Positions 28,594 through 37,526 of a stretch of DNA of 64,000 nucleotides are shown in pieces (within the stretch, counting starts at the first letter, position 1; each line of letters begins with the position of its first letter). Location: the NCBI GenBank assembly GCA_050248355.1, contig JBFWSN010000004.1, positions 13,530 through 77,529 on the forward strand. The letters run 5' to 3'. The notes under the pieces are model-generated. The model made no database searches and had not been told where the DNA came from. It saw nothing but the letters and a program-made list of their open reading frames with translations. Made by a program: the position numbers and the translations under genes. This stretch comes from Dehalococcoidia bacterium. Lineage in GTDB: Bacteria > Chloroflexota > Dehalococcoidia > UBA2979.

Positions 28594-29232
28594 ATGACCG
28601 CGCACAGAACCACGATCGGACTCGCCCTCGCCGGCGTCCTCATGCTTGCTCTCGGGGTCTTCAATCCCACCGGCGCACTCGCCCAGAACCCGCCCGCCGT
28701 CCTCTATGGCAAGGGCCTCACGCCCGGCCAGACCGTCTCCGCCTGGATCGGCGGCAAGCTCTGCGCCTCGACCGTCGTCGACGGCGCCGGGGAGTGGGCG
28801 ATGCAGATCAGCGACACCAACGCCTGCGGTCCGACCGGCGGCGCGGCCATCGCCTTCCAGCTCGACGGCACGGACGTGACCGCCACGCCGTCCGCCACCT
28901 TCGCCATCGGCGGCGTGCCGTCCAACATCGCGAACGGCTACACCTTCTCGGCCGCTGAGCCGACCGCTACTGCGACGGCGACCGCTACGGCAACCACGAC
29001 CGCGACGGCCACCGCAACGGCGGCCGCGGCCACGCCGACGCCTGCCGGCACCAGCCTGGCGACGACCGCCACGCCGAAGCCCACCGTCGTCCCGTTGCCC
29101 CCGAAGACCGGCGGCGCCGGTCTCCTCGAAGGCTCGCCCGACCGAGGCGCGACCTGGCTGCTGCTGACCGGCGCCCTCGTCGCCGTCGCCGGCGTCGCCG
29201 CCCGCGCTACGTACGCGCGCCGCGCTCCGTAA
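28594..29232 (+). CDS. Secreted protein: signal peptide, ~95-aa domain, Thr/Ala-repeat linker, and a C-terminal LPPKTGG motif followed by a hydrophobic helix and an RR tail
   Basis: AGGAGG lies 5 nt upstream of the ATG at 28594. The signal peptide ends …GALAQNPP. The linker is TATATATATATTTATATATAAAATPTP. The C-terminus reads VVPLPPKTGGAGLLEGSPDRGATWLLLTGALVAVAGVAARATYARRAP. Confidence 0.6.
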   Translation: MTAHRTTIGLALAGVLMLALGVFNPTGALAQNPPAVLYGKGLTPGQTVSAWIGGKLCASTVVDGAGEWAMQISDTNACGPTGGAAIAFQLDGTDVTATPSATFAIGGVPSNIANGYTFSAAEPTATATATATATTTATATATAAAATPTPAGTSLATTATPKPTVVPLPPKTGGAGLLEGSPDRGATWLLLTGALVAVAGVAARATYARRAP

Positions 29233-29255
29233 CGGCGGCACCAGGCTCAAACAAC

Positions 29256-29284
29256 CATCGAGGCGGCCCACGGCCGCCTCGATG
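29256..29284. terminator. Hairpin CATCGAGGCGGCC…GGCCGCCTCGATG between convergent genes
   Basis: Inverted repeat visible in the sequence. Confidence 0.45.
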
Positions 29285-29308
29285 CATCTCTCCCCAGGAG
29301 GATGGACG

Positions 29309-29620
29309 TTACCCGGCTGCTTCCTGCTCCAGCACCGCGTCATACAGGCCGATGACCGGGGGCCCCGCGAGGATCCCCATCAGCGACCCCTGCGCGTGTC
29401 CGCGCCGGAACGCCTCGCTGTTCGTCCAGTCCACGAACGCATCCCGCGACGCCCACGTTGAGTGCGACACGTACTCACCGCCGTCGCCGCGCAGCAGAGC
29501 GAACCGCACGAACCCGGGCACGCCGTCGAGGTACGTCTCGCGCTCTCGCCAGATTCGCTCGAACTCGTCGCCCTGGCCCGGCACGACCTGGAACCGGTTC
29601 ATCGCGATGAACATCGACAT
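29309..29620 (-). CDS. Antibiotic-biosynthesis-monooxygenase (ABM) domain protein
   Basis: MSMFIAMNRFQVVPGQGDEFERIWRERE…FVRFALLRG is typical of the ABM/ActVA-Orf6 fold. Confidence 0.65.
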   Translation of the reverse strand: MSMFIAMNRFQVVPGQGDEFERIWRERETYLDGVPGFVRFALLRGDGGEYVSHSTWASRDAFVDWTNSEAFRRGHAQGSLMGILAGPPVIGLYDAVLEQEAAG

Positions 29621-29650
29621 CCCTCTCCACCGCATCGAGGCGGCTGTCCG

Positions 29651-30559
29651 CTAGTTGCCCTCGCGCTCGTGCGCCGTACGGTAGTCCCCGAACTGCGCGT
29701 CGCGCTGCTGCAGCGCCTCGGTCAGCCGCGCGCCGCCCGCCGTCCGCCCGATGAACTCAGCCATCGTCGCCGTGTGGATCCCGAGGGTGCACAGCTCAGT
29801 CCCCGCCCGGATCCCGTTGCGGAACCCCATGATCTCCATCTGCCGGTGGACGGTTCGTTTGTTCAGCTGCAGCACGTCCTGGGGCATCTTCGCGATTCGC
29901 TCCGCGATCTCGAGGACGCTCGCTTCGAGATCCGCTGCCGGGAACGCCCGCGTCGCCCAGCCGCGCTTCTCCGCCTCGATCCCGTCGATCGAGTCGCCGG
30001 TGAGCATCATCTCCATGCCCTTGCGCATACCCACGAGCCACGCGTGGAAGTGCATGTCCGGTACTCCGAAGCGCACCGCCGGATAGCCCATCTGCGCGTC
30101 CTCGGCCATGTACACGAGGTCGCAGCCCGTCGCGAGCTCGCTCCCGCCCGCGAGGCAGTACCCGTGCACCTGCGCGATCACCGGCTTCGCGAGGTCCCAG
30201 ATGCTCATCCAGCTCTCGGTTACATGCCGCGGCCACTGCCCGTCGCCCGCGGCAGTGAAGAACGGGTAGTCCAGCCCCTCGTTCCCCCCGCCGAGGTCAT
30301 ACCCCGCCGAGAACGAGGTGCCCGCGCCGCGCAGGATCTGCACGTGCACGTCCGGGTCCATGTCCCCCGTCCGCAACGCGTGCAGTACCTCGCCGCGCAG
30401 CGCGTGGTTGAGTGCGTTTCGCTTTTCCGGCCGGTTCATCGTCACCCGCCGCACGTGCGGCGCCGGCATGTCCACCAGCACCACCGTGTACCCCGTGTCG
30501 CCCCGTAGGTAGTCCGGCCGAGGCGCCCCGTTGGCCTGCATCTCGCGTCCCGTCGTCAT
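29651..30559 (-). CDS. Enoyl-CoA hydratase/isomerase (crotonase) family protein
   Basis: Crotonase fold (…FSAGYDLGG…). The oxyanion-hole region GYCLAGGSELATGCDL is present. Confidence 0.85.
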   Translation of the reverse strand: MTTGREMQANGAPRPDYLRGDTGYTVVLVDMPAPHVRRVTMNRPEKRNALNHALRGEVLHALRTGDMDPDVHVQILRGAGTSFSAGYDLGGGNEGLDYPFFTAAGDGQWPRHVTESWMSIWDLAKPVIAQVHGYCLAGGSELATGCDLVYMAEDAQMGYPAVRFGVPDMHFHAWLVGMRKGMEMMLTGDSIDGIEAEKRGWATRAFPAADLEASVLEIAERIAKMPQDVLQLNKRTVHRQMEIMGFRNGIRAGTELCTLGIHTATMAEFIGRTAGGARLTEALQQRDAQFGDYRTAHEREGN

Positions 30560-30783
30560 CTCGTGGGTCCCCTTCCTGCTCGGTCTTGGCTTCCGGAGTA
30601 TGAGGCTGTGGACGCCGGTCGTCCCGAGCGCGCCAGCTCCATCCGCTCCTGCAGCGAGAACCTCCCAATTCTATGAACGTCCGATCTGTGAGCCCGCTGC
30701 AAGAAGGAGCACCGGGGACGCCGTCGCGCCTGTGTGCCCCGAACCGATTCCCTCGATGAGGGATACGAAAGCAGGGGTACACC

Positions 30784-32589
30784 ATGTCTGACTTCAACAT
30801 CGACCGCTTCCGCGAGTTCCGCCTCGGACGCCGGGCCGCGCTGCGAGGCGGCGCACTGGCCCTCGGTGGCGTCTCGCTTGCCGCCCTCGTGGGCTGCGGC
30901 GGCGACGAGGACGGCGGCGACGACCCCGTCCCCGGCGTCCGAGGTGAGACGACGGCCGTCGCGACGGTCGCGCCCGGCGTCGACCAGAACCCGGCTCAGC
31001 TCGTACAGCAGGAGGGGCTGCCGTACCCGTTCGGCTACCCCGAGCCATCGACGACGCCGAAGGACGGCGGCACCGCCACCGTCGCCGTGAGCTGGGACAT
31101 CTCCACGATGGACCCGACACGGTCCGCCGCCGGTGGCACGATCACCGTGCCCAATACCTCGTACGACCGCCTCATCGGCTTTGTGAGCGGCATCCACTAC
31201 CACCCCTTGAACCTCGAGCTGAAGCCCGAGCTGGCCGAGTCGTGGGAGCGCAGCCCGGACGGCCTCATGCTCACCTTCAAGCTGCGTCCCGGCGTCCAGT
31301 GGCACAACGTGGCTCCGCTCAACGGCCGCCCCTTCGTTGCCGAGGACGTCGTATCGGCCTACCGGCGCTACCAGTCGGAAGGCGTGCACCAGTCGATCTG
31401 GATCGAGGTCGACAACATCGAGGCGCCGGACGACGCCACCGTCCGCATCACGCTGAAGACGCCGCTCGCCGACTTCATCAACAACCTGGCCGGCCGTTAC
31501 CAGACCATCTTCCCCAGGGAGCTGGTCGACGACGGCTCGATTGAACGCACGGTCGTCGGCACCGGGCCGCTCATCTTCCGTGACGCACAGCAGACGCAGG
31601 CGGTGAACTTCGACCGCAACCCCGACTACTGGGGCGGCCCGATCCACGTCGACAGCTTCGTGTACCGCATCATCCCGGACCTCAACGCCCGCACGGCCGC
31701 GTTCCGCGCCGGCCAGGTCGAGTACGCCTATGCCATCGCCGGCCGCGCCAGTGAGGTCGAGGTGATTCGAGGCACGAACCCGGACGTGAACGTGCACATG
31801 ACCGGCGGCACCGCCGGCGGCTACGGCTTCGGCATGAACCTGCAGAACCCGAAGTTCGCGGACGAGCGCGTCCGCCGCGCCATCTCCCTGGCGAACGACC
31901 ATCGCACGACCATCGCGCTCCTCTACGAGAACTACGGCCTTGCCGCGCCGGACATGCCTTGGCCCTTCCTCTACCAGGACGCTCCAGACCTGCAGAGCGG
32001 CGTGCTCGGCGAATGGGTCAGGCCCTCCGGCGACCCCGAGCAGGCGCGCCAGCTCCTCGAGGCTGCCGGCGCTGGCGGCCTCACGATCAATGCCTCCTAC
32101 TACACGTACGGCCCCTACGACGCGACGCGTCCCGAGCTGCTGGCCGACCAGTTCCGGCGGGCGGGGATCACGCTCAACGCCCGCCGCGCGGACTACACCG
32201 AGTTCAACTCGCAGTGGGTGCCCGGCAACCTCGAGGAGGCCACCACCAGCGGCTGGGCAGCCCCCGGCTTCGACGCCGATAGCTACTTCTACAACCAGGT
32301 GCACTCCGCCTCGCCGGGGAACCGCCACAAGCTCCAGGACTCGCAGATCGACGCCTGGGCCGAACGGCAGCGCGTCCAGCTCGATCCCGCCGCGAGGGCC
32401 GAGCTCCAGCAACAGATCTGGGATCGCATCTGGCTCGACCAGATGTACCGCATCCCCCAGGCCGGCGGGTACTCCTACGAGATCCACCAGCCATGGTTCC
32501 GGGGCTTCCGCAGCGGCGGCCCGCTCGGCACCAGCAGCTACTTCTACGACTGGGGCGAGCAGATTCCGGACATTTGGCTGGACCGCTGA
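30784..32589 (+). CDS. ABC transporter substrate-binding protein, family 5 (paralog of 26619..28415), Tat-lipoprotein
   Basis: The LGRRAALRGGALALGGVSLAALVGCGG leader is present. The mature sequence is collinear with the first SBP at roughly 60-70% identity. Confidence 0.85.
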   Translation: MSDFNIDRFREFRLGRRAALRGGALALGGVSLAALVGCGGDEDGGDDPVPGVRGETTAVATVAPGVDQNPAQLVQQEGLPYPFGYPEPSTTPKDGGTATVAVSWDISTMDPTRSAAGGTITVPNTSYDRLIGFVSGIHYHPLNLELKPELAESWERSPDGLMLTFKLRPGVQWHNVAPLNGRPFVAEDVVSAYRRYQSEGVHQSIWIEVDNIEAPDDATVRITLKTPLADFINNLAGRYQTIFPRELVDDGSIERTVVGTGPLIFRDAQQTQAVNFDRNPDYWGGPIHVDSFVYRIIPDLNARTAAFRAGQVEYAYAIAGRASEVEVIRGTNPDVNVHMTGGTAGGYGFGMNLQNPKFADERVRRAISLANDHRTTIALLYENYGLAAPDMPWPFLYQDAPDLQSGVLGEWVRPSGDPEQARQLLEAAGAGGLTINASYYTYGPYDATRPELLADQFRRAGITLNARRADYTEFNSQWVPGNLEEATTSGWAAPGFDADSYFYNQVHSASPGNRHKLQDSQIDAWAERQRVQLDPAARAELQQQIWDRIWLDQMYRIPQAGGYSYEIHQPWFRGFRSGGPLGTSSYFYDWGEQIPDIWLDR

Positions 32590-32611
32590 CGACCGTCCGT
32601 GCCCTCCGAAC

Positions 32612-32637
32612 GGGGACGGCCCACGCGGGCCGTCCCC
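32612..32637 (+). terminator. Hairpin GGGGACGGCC…GGCCGTCCCC after the SBP stop
   Basis: Inverted repeat visible in the sequence. Confidence 0.45.
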
Positions 32638-32715
32638 GCTTCGTGCCCACCTGAGGTGCGCGCCACAAGCCGTCCCGGCGTGGCTGGCTCCTCGGCGCCG
32701 GGCTCGCGCGACCGG

Positions 32716-33618
32716 CTACTCGCGTTCGCGCGCTGTGCGGGATGTCAAGCGCGCCGTCGGCTCAGGACCGTTGAGCAACTCCCAGGCCGATCGCAGGTCG
32801 TCGCCCGGCGGCGGCTTGGCGCGACGATCGGGTGTACGCAGCGTGAGTGCCCACGCCTCGAAGTCCGAGCGTGGATCGTGAAGCCCCTCGAGCGCGCGCA
32901 CGAGCGACATTAGCTCGGCATCCTCGACGGGGAGGATCATCGCGCCGGCGCCGGCCGCCGCGGCCAGAGCGACATACACCATGCGCAGCGGCCGGCGCCG
33001 CTCACGGGCGGCCCCATGCCCCAGATTGCCGACCGCCACGAGCGGCTCGATCCTCGCCGGCCCCGATTCCCGCAGCGCGGCCACCCACCGTAAGGAACGG
33101 CGACAGCGTTCGAGGTTCGTCGCTGGCGGATAGGTGAGGCAGTCGAGGTAGGCCGGGCCGGTCCCGTCAGAGCCAGCCATCATGTCCGCCGCCGTCTGCG
33201 CCGCCTCGAGAATCGCCCCGTCGTCGTCGCTTCGGTCGGCACGCCGAGGAGAGAACACCACGCCCGCCCCGGCGCTGGCCGACGCCTCGATCAACGCTGG
33301 GTCCGCCGCGGGGACGGGAATGGCGTTGACGACGATCGGCCCGTGGATCGAAGGCGCCGCCTCGACAAGTGCGTCGTGGTCACTGCAGTCGAGAAAGAGC
33401 GTCACCTCCGGCAGTACGGCCCGCAGCGCGCTCGCCGCCCACACGAGGTCTGCAACAAGCCCGGGACGCCCTATCGCCCCAAAGTTCACGTCGAGGGCCG
33501 CGGCACCTGCATCCACCTGCTTCCTGCCGCGCGCGACCAGCGGCGCCGCGTCGCGTCGGGCGACGGCATCCGCGAGTGGCGGGCGCCAGCACTCGATCGA
33601 CTGTCCGATGACGAGCAT
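32716..33618 (-). CDS. Pterin-binding / dihydropteroate-synthase-like domain protein (MtrH/AcsE-like methyltransferase fold), tentative
   Basis: MLVIGQSIE…LDVNFG…VVNAI motifs recall the pterin-binding TIM barrel. The longer ORF to 34035 is a shadow of the ABC exporter gene. Confidence 0.45.
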   Translation of the reverse strand: MLVIGQSIECWRPPLADAVARRDAAPLVARGRKQVDAGAAALDVNFGAIGRPGLVADLVWAASALRAVLPEVTLFLDCSDHDALVEAAPSIHGPIVVNAIPVPAADPALIEASASAGAGVVFSPRRADRSDDDGAILEAAQTAADMMAGSDGTGPAYLDCLTYPPATNLERCRRSLRWVAALRESGPARIEPLVAVGNLGHGAARERRRPLRMVYVALAAAAGAGAMILPVEDAELMSLVRALEGLHDPRSDFEAWALTLRTPDRRAKPPPGDDLRSAWELLNGPEPTARLTSRTARERE

Positions 33619-33699
33619 CCCGGCCCCCACATCCGTCGCCTGCGAAGCGTAGCATCGAGGTATGACCACACCTGTTCCGAGGGGTGCCCGCCCGTGACC

Positions 33700-35508
33700 A
33701 TGGGCCGCCCGATGCGCCACCAGCGCCCCCAGACCTCCTCGCGCGTTCTTGCGAGGCGCGCCGTCGGCCTCTTCCGCCCCTACCGCGCCGCCTTCGCGCT
33801 GCTCTTCACCCTCCTCGTCGCCAGCACCGCGCTCGACCTCATTGGCGTCCGCCTGCTTGGCGCGATGGTCGACGAGATGACGGCAGACGGCGACCGAAGC
33901 GTCCTCAACCGTCTGCTCGCAATCTTCGTGGTCCTCGTGCTCACCTCGGCCTTGCTCGGCGTCGGCCAGTCCTACGTGAACCAGGTCATCGGCCAGGGCG
34001 TCATGCTCCGCCTGCGCACCGCGCTGCACGACCACCTACAGCGCCTCTCCCTCCGCTTCTACACGCAGACCCGCACCGGCGAGATCCTTTCGAGGATCTC
34101 CACCGACGTGAACGCCGTGCAGCAGGCCGTCACCGGCACCTTCACCGAGTTTCTGCAGAACGTCCTCACGCTCGCCATCGCCTTCGGCATCATGTTCACG
34201 ATCGAGTGGCGGCTCGCCCTCGCGACGCTCCTTGTGCTGCCGCTCTGGGTCTACCCGACGATGCGCGTCGGCCGCCACATGCGAGACCTCATGCGCGCCT
34301 GGCACCAGGAAACCGCCTCGATGTCCTCGCACCTCGAGGAGACGCTGTCCGTCTCCGGCTCCATGGTCGTCCGCTCCTTTGGCCGCGAGTCCCTCGAACG
34401 CGACCGCTTCGAGGCGTCCAACCAGGAGCTCTACCGCCTCTCGATCCGGCGCATGATGGCCGGCCGCTGGTTCAACATGGGCACCGGCCTCTTTGGCGCC
34501 CTCATTCCCGGCCTCGTCTACTGGTATGGCGGGCGGGCCGTCATCGGCCAGTCGCTCTCGCCCGGCGACGTGGTCGCCTTCGCAATGCTGGTGCAGCGCG
34601 TCTTCGGCCCCTTCGCCTCCATCGCCCGCATCAACACCACGCTGCTCTCCTCACTCGCCGTCTTCGAGCGCATCTTCGAGTACCTCGACATGCCCGTGGA
34701 GGTCGAGGAACGCCTCGGCGCCCGCCGCCTCGAGCGCGTCCGCGGCGCCATCGAGTTCGACCATGTCTCCTTCGGCTACGCCGGCCCTGACCGCCTCGCC
34801 CTAAACCATGTCACCTTCGAGGCGGCCCCCGGCACGATGGTCGCGCTCGTCGGCCCCTCGGGCGCCGGCAAGACGACGATGACCTACCTCCTCCAGCGCT
34901 TCTACGACCCGCTCGCCGGCGCAGTCCGCATCGACGGTCACGACCTGCGCGACCTCACGCTCGACTCCATCAGCGACGCCGTCGGCGCCGTCATGCAGAG
35001 CACGCACCTGTTCCACGCATCGCTCGCCGATAACATTCGCTACGGGCGCCTCGCCGCCACCGACGCCGAGGTGCGCGCCGCCGCGGCCGCCGCCGGCCTC
35101 GACGAGATGATCGCCCGCCTCCCCGAGGGCCTCGACACCCTCGTCGGCGAGCGCGGCTATCGCCTCTCCGGCGGCGAGCAGCAGCGCGTCGCCATCGCCC
35201 GCGCCGTGCTGAAGGACGCCCCCATCCTCGTCCTCGACGAGGCTACCGCCTCCCTCGACTCCCGACTCGAGCGCGAGATCCGCGAGGCCACCGCCCGCCT
35301 CTCCGAGGGCCGCACCACCGTCGTCATCGCCCACCGCCTCTCCACCGTCGTCGCAGCCGACCTCATCCTCGTCTTTGACCACGGCCGCGTGGTCGAGCGC
35401 GGCCGCCACGAGGACCTGCTCCGCCACGAAGGCCTCTACGCCCTCCTCTACCGTGAGCAGTTCCGTGAGGGGGCTCACGCGGATGACGCCCGCGTCTCGC
35501 TCGCGTGA
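33700..35508 (+). CDS. ABC exporter, fused transmembrane domain and ATPase (MsbA/multidrug-type)
   Basis: Six transmembrane helices are followed by Walker A GPSGAGKTT, signature LSGGEQQRVAIARA and Walker B ILVLDEATASLD. Confidence 0.85.
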   Translation: MGRPMRHQRPQTSSRVLARRAVGLFRPYRAAFALLFTLLVASTALDLIGVRLLGAMVDEMTADGDRSVLNRLLAIFVVLVLTSALLGVGQSYVNQVIGQGVMLRLRTALHDHLQRLSLRFYTQTRTGEILSRISTDVNAVQQAVTGTFTEFLQNVLTLAIAFGIMFTIEWRLALATLLVLPLWVYPTMRVGRHMRDLMRAWHQETASMSSHLEETLSVSGSMVVRSFGRESLERDRFEASNQELYRLSIRRMMAGRWFNMGTGLFGALIPGLVYWYGGRAVIGQSLSPGDVVAFAMLVQRVFGPFASIARINTTLLSSLAVFERIFEYLDMPVEVEERLGARRLERVRGAIEFDHVSFGYAGPDRLALNHVTFEAAPGTMVALVGPSGAGKTTMTYLLQRFYDPLAGAVRIDGHDLRDLTLDSISDAVGAVMQSTHLFHASLADNIRYGRLAATDAEVRAAAAAAGLDEMIARLPEGLDTLVGERGYRLSGGEQQRVAIARAVLKDAPILVLDEATASLDSRLEREIREATARLSEGRTTVVIAHRLSTVVAADLILVFDHGRVVERGRHEDLLRHEGLYALLYREQFREGAHADDARVSLA

Positions 35509-35535
35509 CTGCCGGAGATCGAGGAGAGAACGCAC

Positions 35536-36228
35536 ATGGCTGACCCGCGCACCGTGATCGTCACCGGGGCGGCCGGCGCGCTCGGAGGCGCCGTCCTTGC
35601 CGCCCTCCAGGGCGCCGGCTGGAGCGTCGTCGCCTTCGCCCGCGAAGGGTCACTGGGCGGCCTCGCTCCCGCCACGCACGTCGTCGCGCTCCCCGTCGAT
35701 CTCCTCGACGCCGAAGCCGTCCGGGCCGCCACCGCCGAGGCAGCCTCCGGCACGGGCCGCATCGATGCCCTTGTCTGCCTCACCGGTGGCTACTTCGGCG
35801 GAGTGCCTCTCGCCGAAACGCCCCCCGAGCGTCTGCAGCAGCAGCTCTCGCTCAACCTCGTGACGGCCTTCAACGCCGTGCGCGCCGCCCTCCCGCACCT
35901 CGTCGCGGGCGGAGGCGGCTCCATCGTCGGCGTCAGCTCCCGCCCCGCCCTCGAGGCCGGCGCCGGCGCCGCCGCATACGCGATCGCCAAGCTCGGCGTG
36001 GTCAAGCTGATGCAGGAAGTCGCCGCGGAGTATCGCGACGAAGGCGTCCGCGCCAACGTCGTCGTCCCCTCGACCATCGATACGCCCGCGAACCGCGCCG
36101 GCATGCCCGCCGCGCGCACCGACCGCTGGGTGCGCCCGGAAGCGATCGCAGCCGTCGTCCGCTTCCTCGTGAGCGACGACGCCTCCGTCATCTCTGGCGC
36201 TACGATTCCGGTCTACGGGCGGGCGTGA
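35536..36228 (+). CDS. SDR-family oxidoreductase
   Basis: Rossmann motif VIVTGAAGALGGAV and catalytic YAIAK are present. Confidence 0.8.
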   Translation: MADPRTVIVTGAAGALGGAVLAALQGAGWSVVAFAREGSLGGLAPATHVVALPVDLLDAEAVRAATAEAASGTGRIDALVCLTGGYFGGVPLAETPPERLQQQLSLNLVTAFNAVRAALPHLVAGGGGSIVGVSSRPALEAGAGAAAYAIAKLGVVKLMQEVAAEYRDEGVRANVVVPSTIDTPANRAGMPAARTDRWVRPEAIAAVVRFLVSDDASVISGATIPVYGRA

Positions 36229-36261
36229 GCGCCGGCCGCTCCCAGCCCAGCCCGTCGAGGT

Positions 36262-37347
36262 CTACCGCGGGCCCGCCTCGACTTCCCCCTCCGCATGGTC
36301 CTCGACCTGCGCCTGCCGCGCCGGCACGAGCGCTTCCATGAGCAGCGTGTGCAGGATCACGGCCAGCGGCAGCGCCACCAGCGCCCCGAGCACGCCCATC
36401 AGCGCTCCTCCCGTGAGGACTGCGATCAGGATGAGCAGCTCCGGCATCCCCGTGCCCTGCCGGTGGAACACCGGCACGACCACGTAGCTCTCGACCTGCT
36501 GCACGCCCAGGTACAGCACCGACACCAGCAGCGCCGTCTGCCACCCTTCCGTCAGGGCGATCGCCAGTGCCGGGATGAAGGCGAGCCACGGCCCGAGGAT
36601 CGGCAGGATCTCGAGGGCGAACGCGATCGCTGCCAGCACGAACGCGTACGGCACCCCGATGATGCTCAGCCCGATGTACGTGATCACCCCGATCGCCACC
36701 ATCCCCGCGAGTTCCGCCAGCAGGTAGTGCCGCAGCCGCCGCCCGAGCAGCTCGAGGATCTGATGGGTCTGCGCGTGGTAGCGGACATCGACGAGCGAGA
36801 GGAACAACGCGCTCGCCGGGCCTCGCGAGACCGTCCAGAACAGCCCCACGACGAACACCGTGAGCGTGTACACGATGCTCGTCGCGACGGTCCCCGCCTG
36901 CGCCGCGAGCGCCGCCGCCACCGAGTCCAGCCGTCCTTCGATCCACGGCTGGATCTCGTCCCACTCCGGGAGCAACGCTCTGTCGCCGATCTCCTCGTAG
37001 TCCGCACGAAACTCGTCCATGCGGTCGCCCAGCTCCGACACCTCGTTCGCCAGTTGTGGAATGGCATAGGCGAGAAAGGCCGCGATGGTCCCCGCCACCA
37101 CGAGGTACACCGCCAGCCCTGACAGGATGCGAGGCACGTGATATCGAGCGAGCGCGTCCACCTGCGGCCCGAGCGTCGTCCCCACTACGATTCCCAGTAG
37201 CACCACCGCGATCAGCTGCCGCAGCAGGAAGGCGAGCCACAGCAGCGCGACCGCCCCGACCAGTGTCAGCGCGCCGATTACCGCCGCACGCGCGAGGTCC
37301 GTGCCGGTCGGCGGTGGAGGCTGTGGTGCTCGCACTGCGGTCATCGG
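36262..37347 (-). CDS. AI-2E family transporter (PerM/YdiK-like)
   Basis: Eight predicted transmembrane helices with the typical AI-2E layout. Confidence 0.8.
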   Translation of the reverse strand, partial: PMTAVRAPQPPPPTGTDLARAAVIGALTLVGAVALLWLAFLLRQLIAVVLLGIVVGTTLGPQVDALARYHVPRILSGLAVYLVVAGTIAAFLAYAIPQLANEVSELGDRMDEFRADYEEIGDRALLPEWDEIQPWIEGRLDSVAAALAAQAGTVATSIVYTLTVFVVGLFWTVSRGPASALFLSLVDVRYHAQTHQILELLGRRLRHYLLAELAGMVAIGVITYIGLSIIGVPYAFVLAAIAFALEILPILGPWLAFIPALAIALTEGWQTALLVSVLYLGVQQVESYVVVPVFHRQGTGMPELLILIAVLTGGALMGVLGALVALPLAVILHTLLMEALVPARQAQVEDHAEGEVEAGPR

Positions 37348-37526
37348 CATCCGCTCGTCGCAGTTGGAGCGTATCACCGCCTCCTCGCGCCACCGGCCCG
37401 AAGTCCGCGTGTCTCTGTAACCGCGCTGCGAGGTGAGGTGCTCCCTCGTAACCGTCCCGGATGGTGTCCATCACTAGCGTGGATGACAGGCATAGGACAC
37501 AGGACGTGTCAGAAGGGCGGCCAACG

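Noticed and set aside
28594-29232. Calling the C-terminus a bona fide LPXTG sortase signal
   Set aside because: The motif is LPPKTGG, with one residue too many for LPxTG, and the spacer to the hydrophobic helix is long. It is kept as a hypothesis only.
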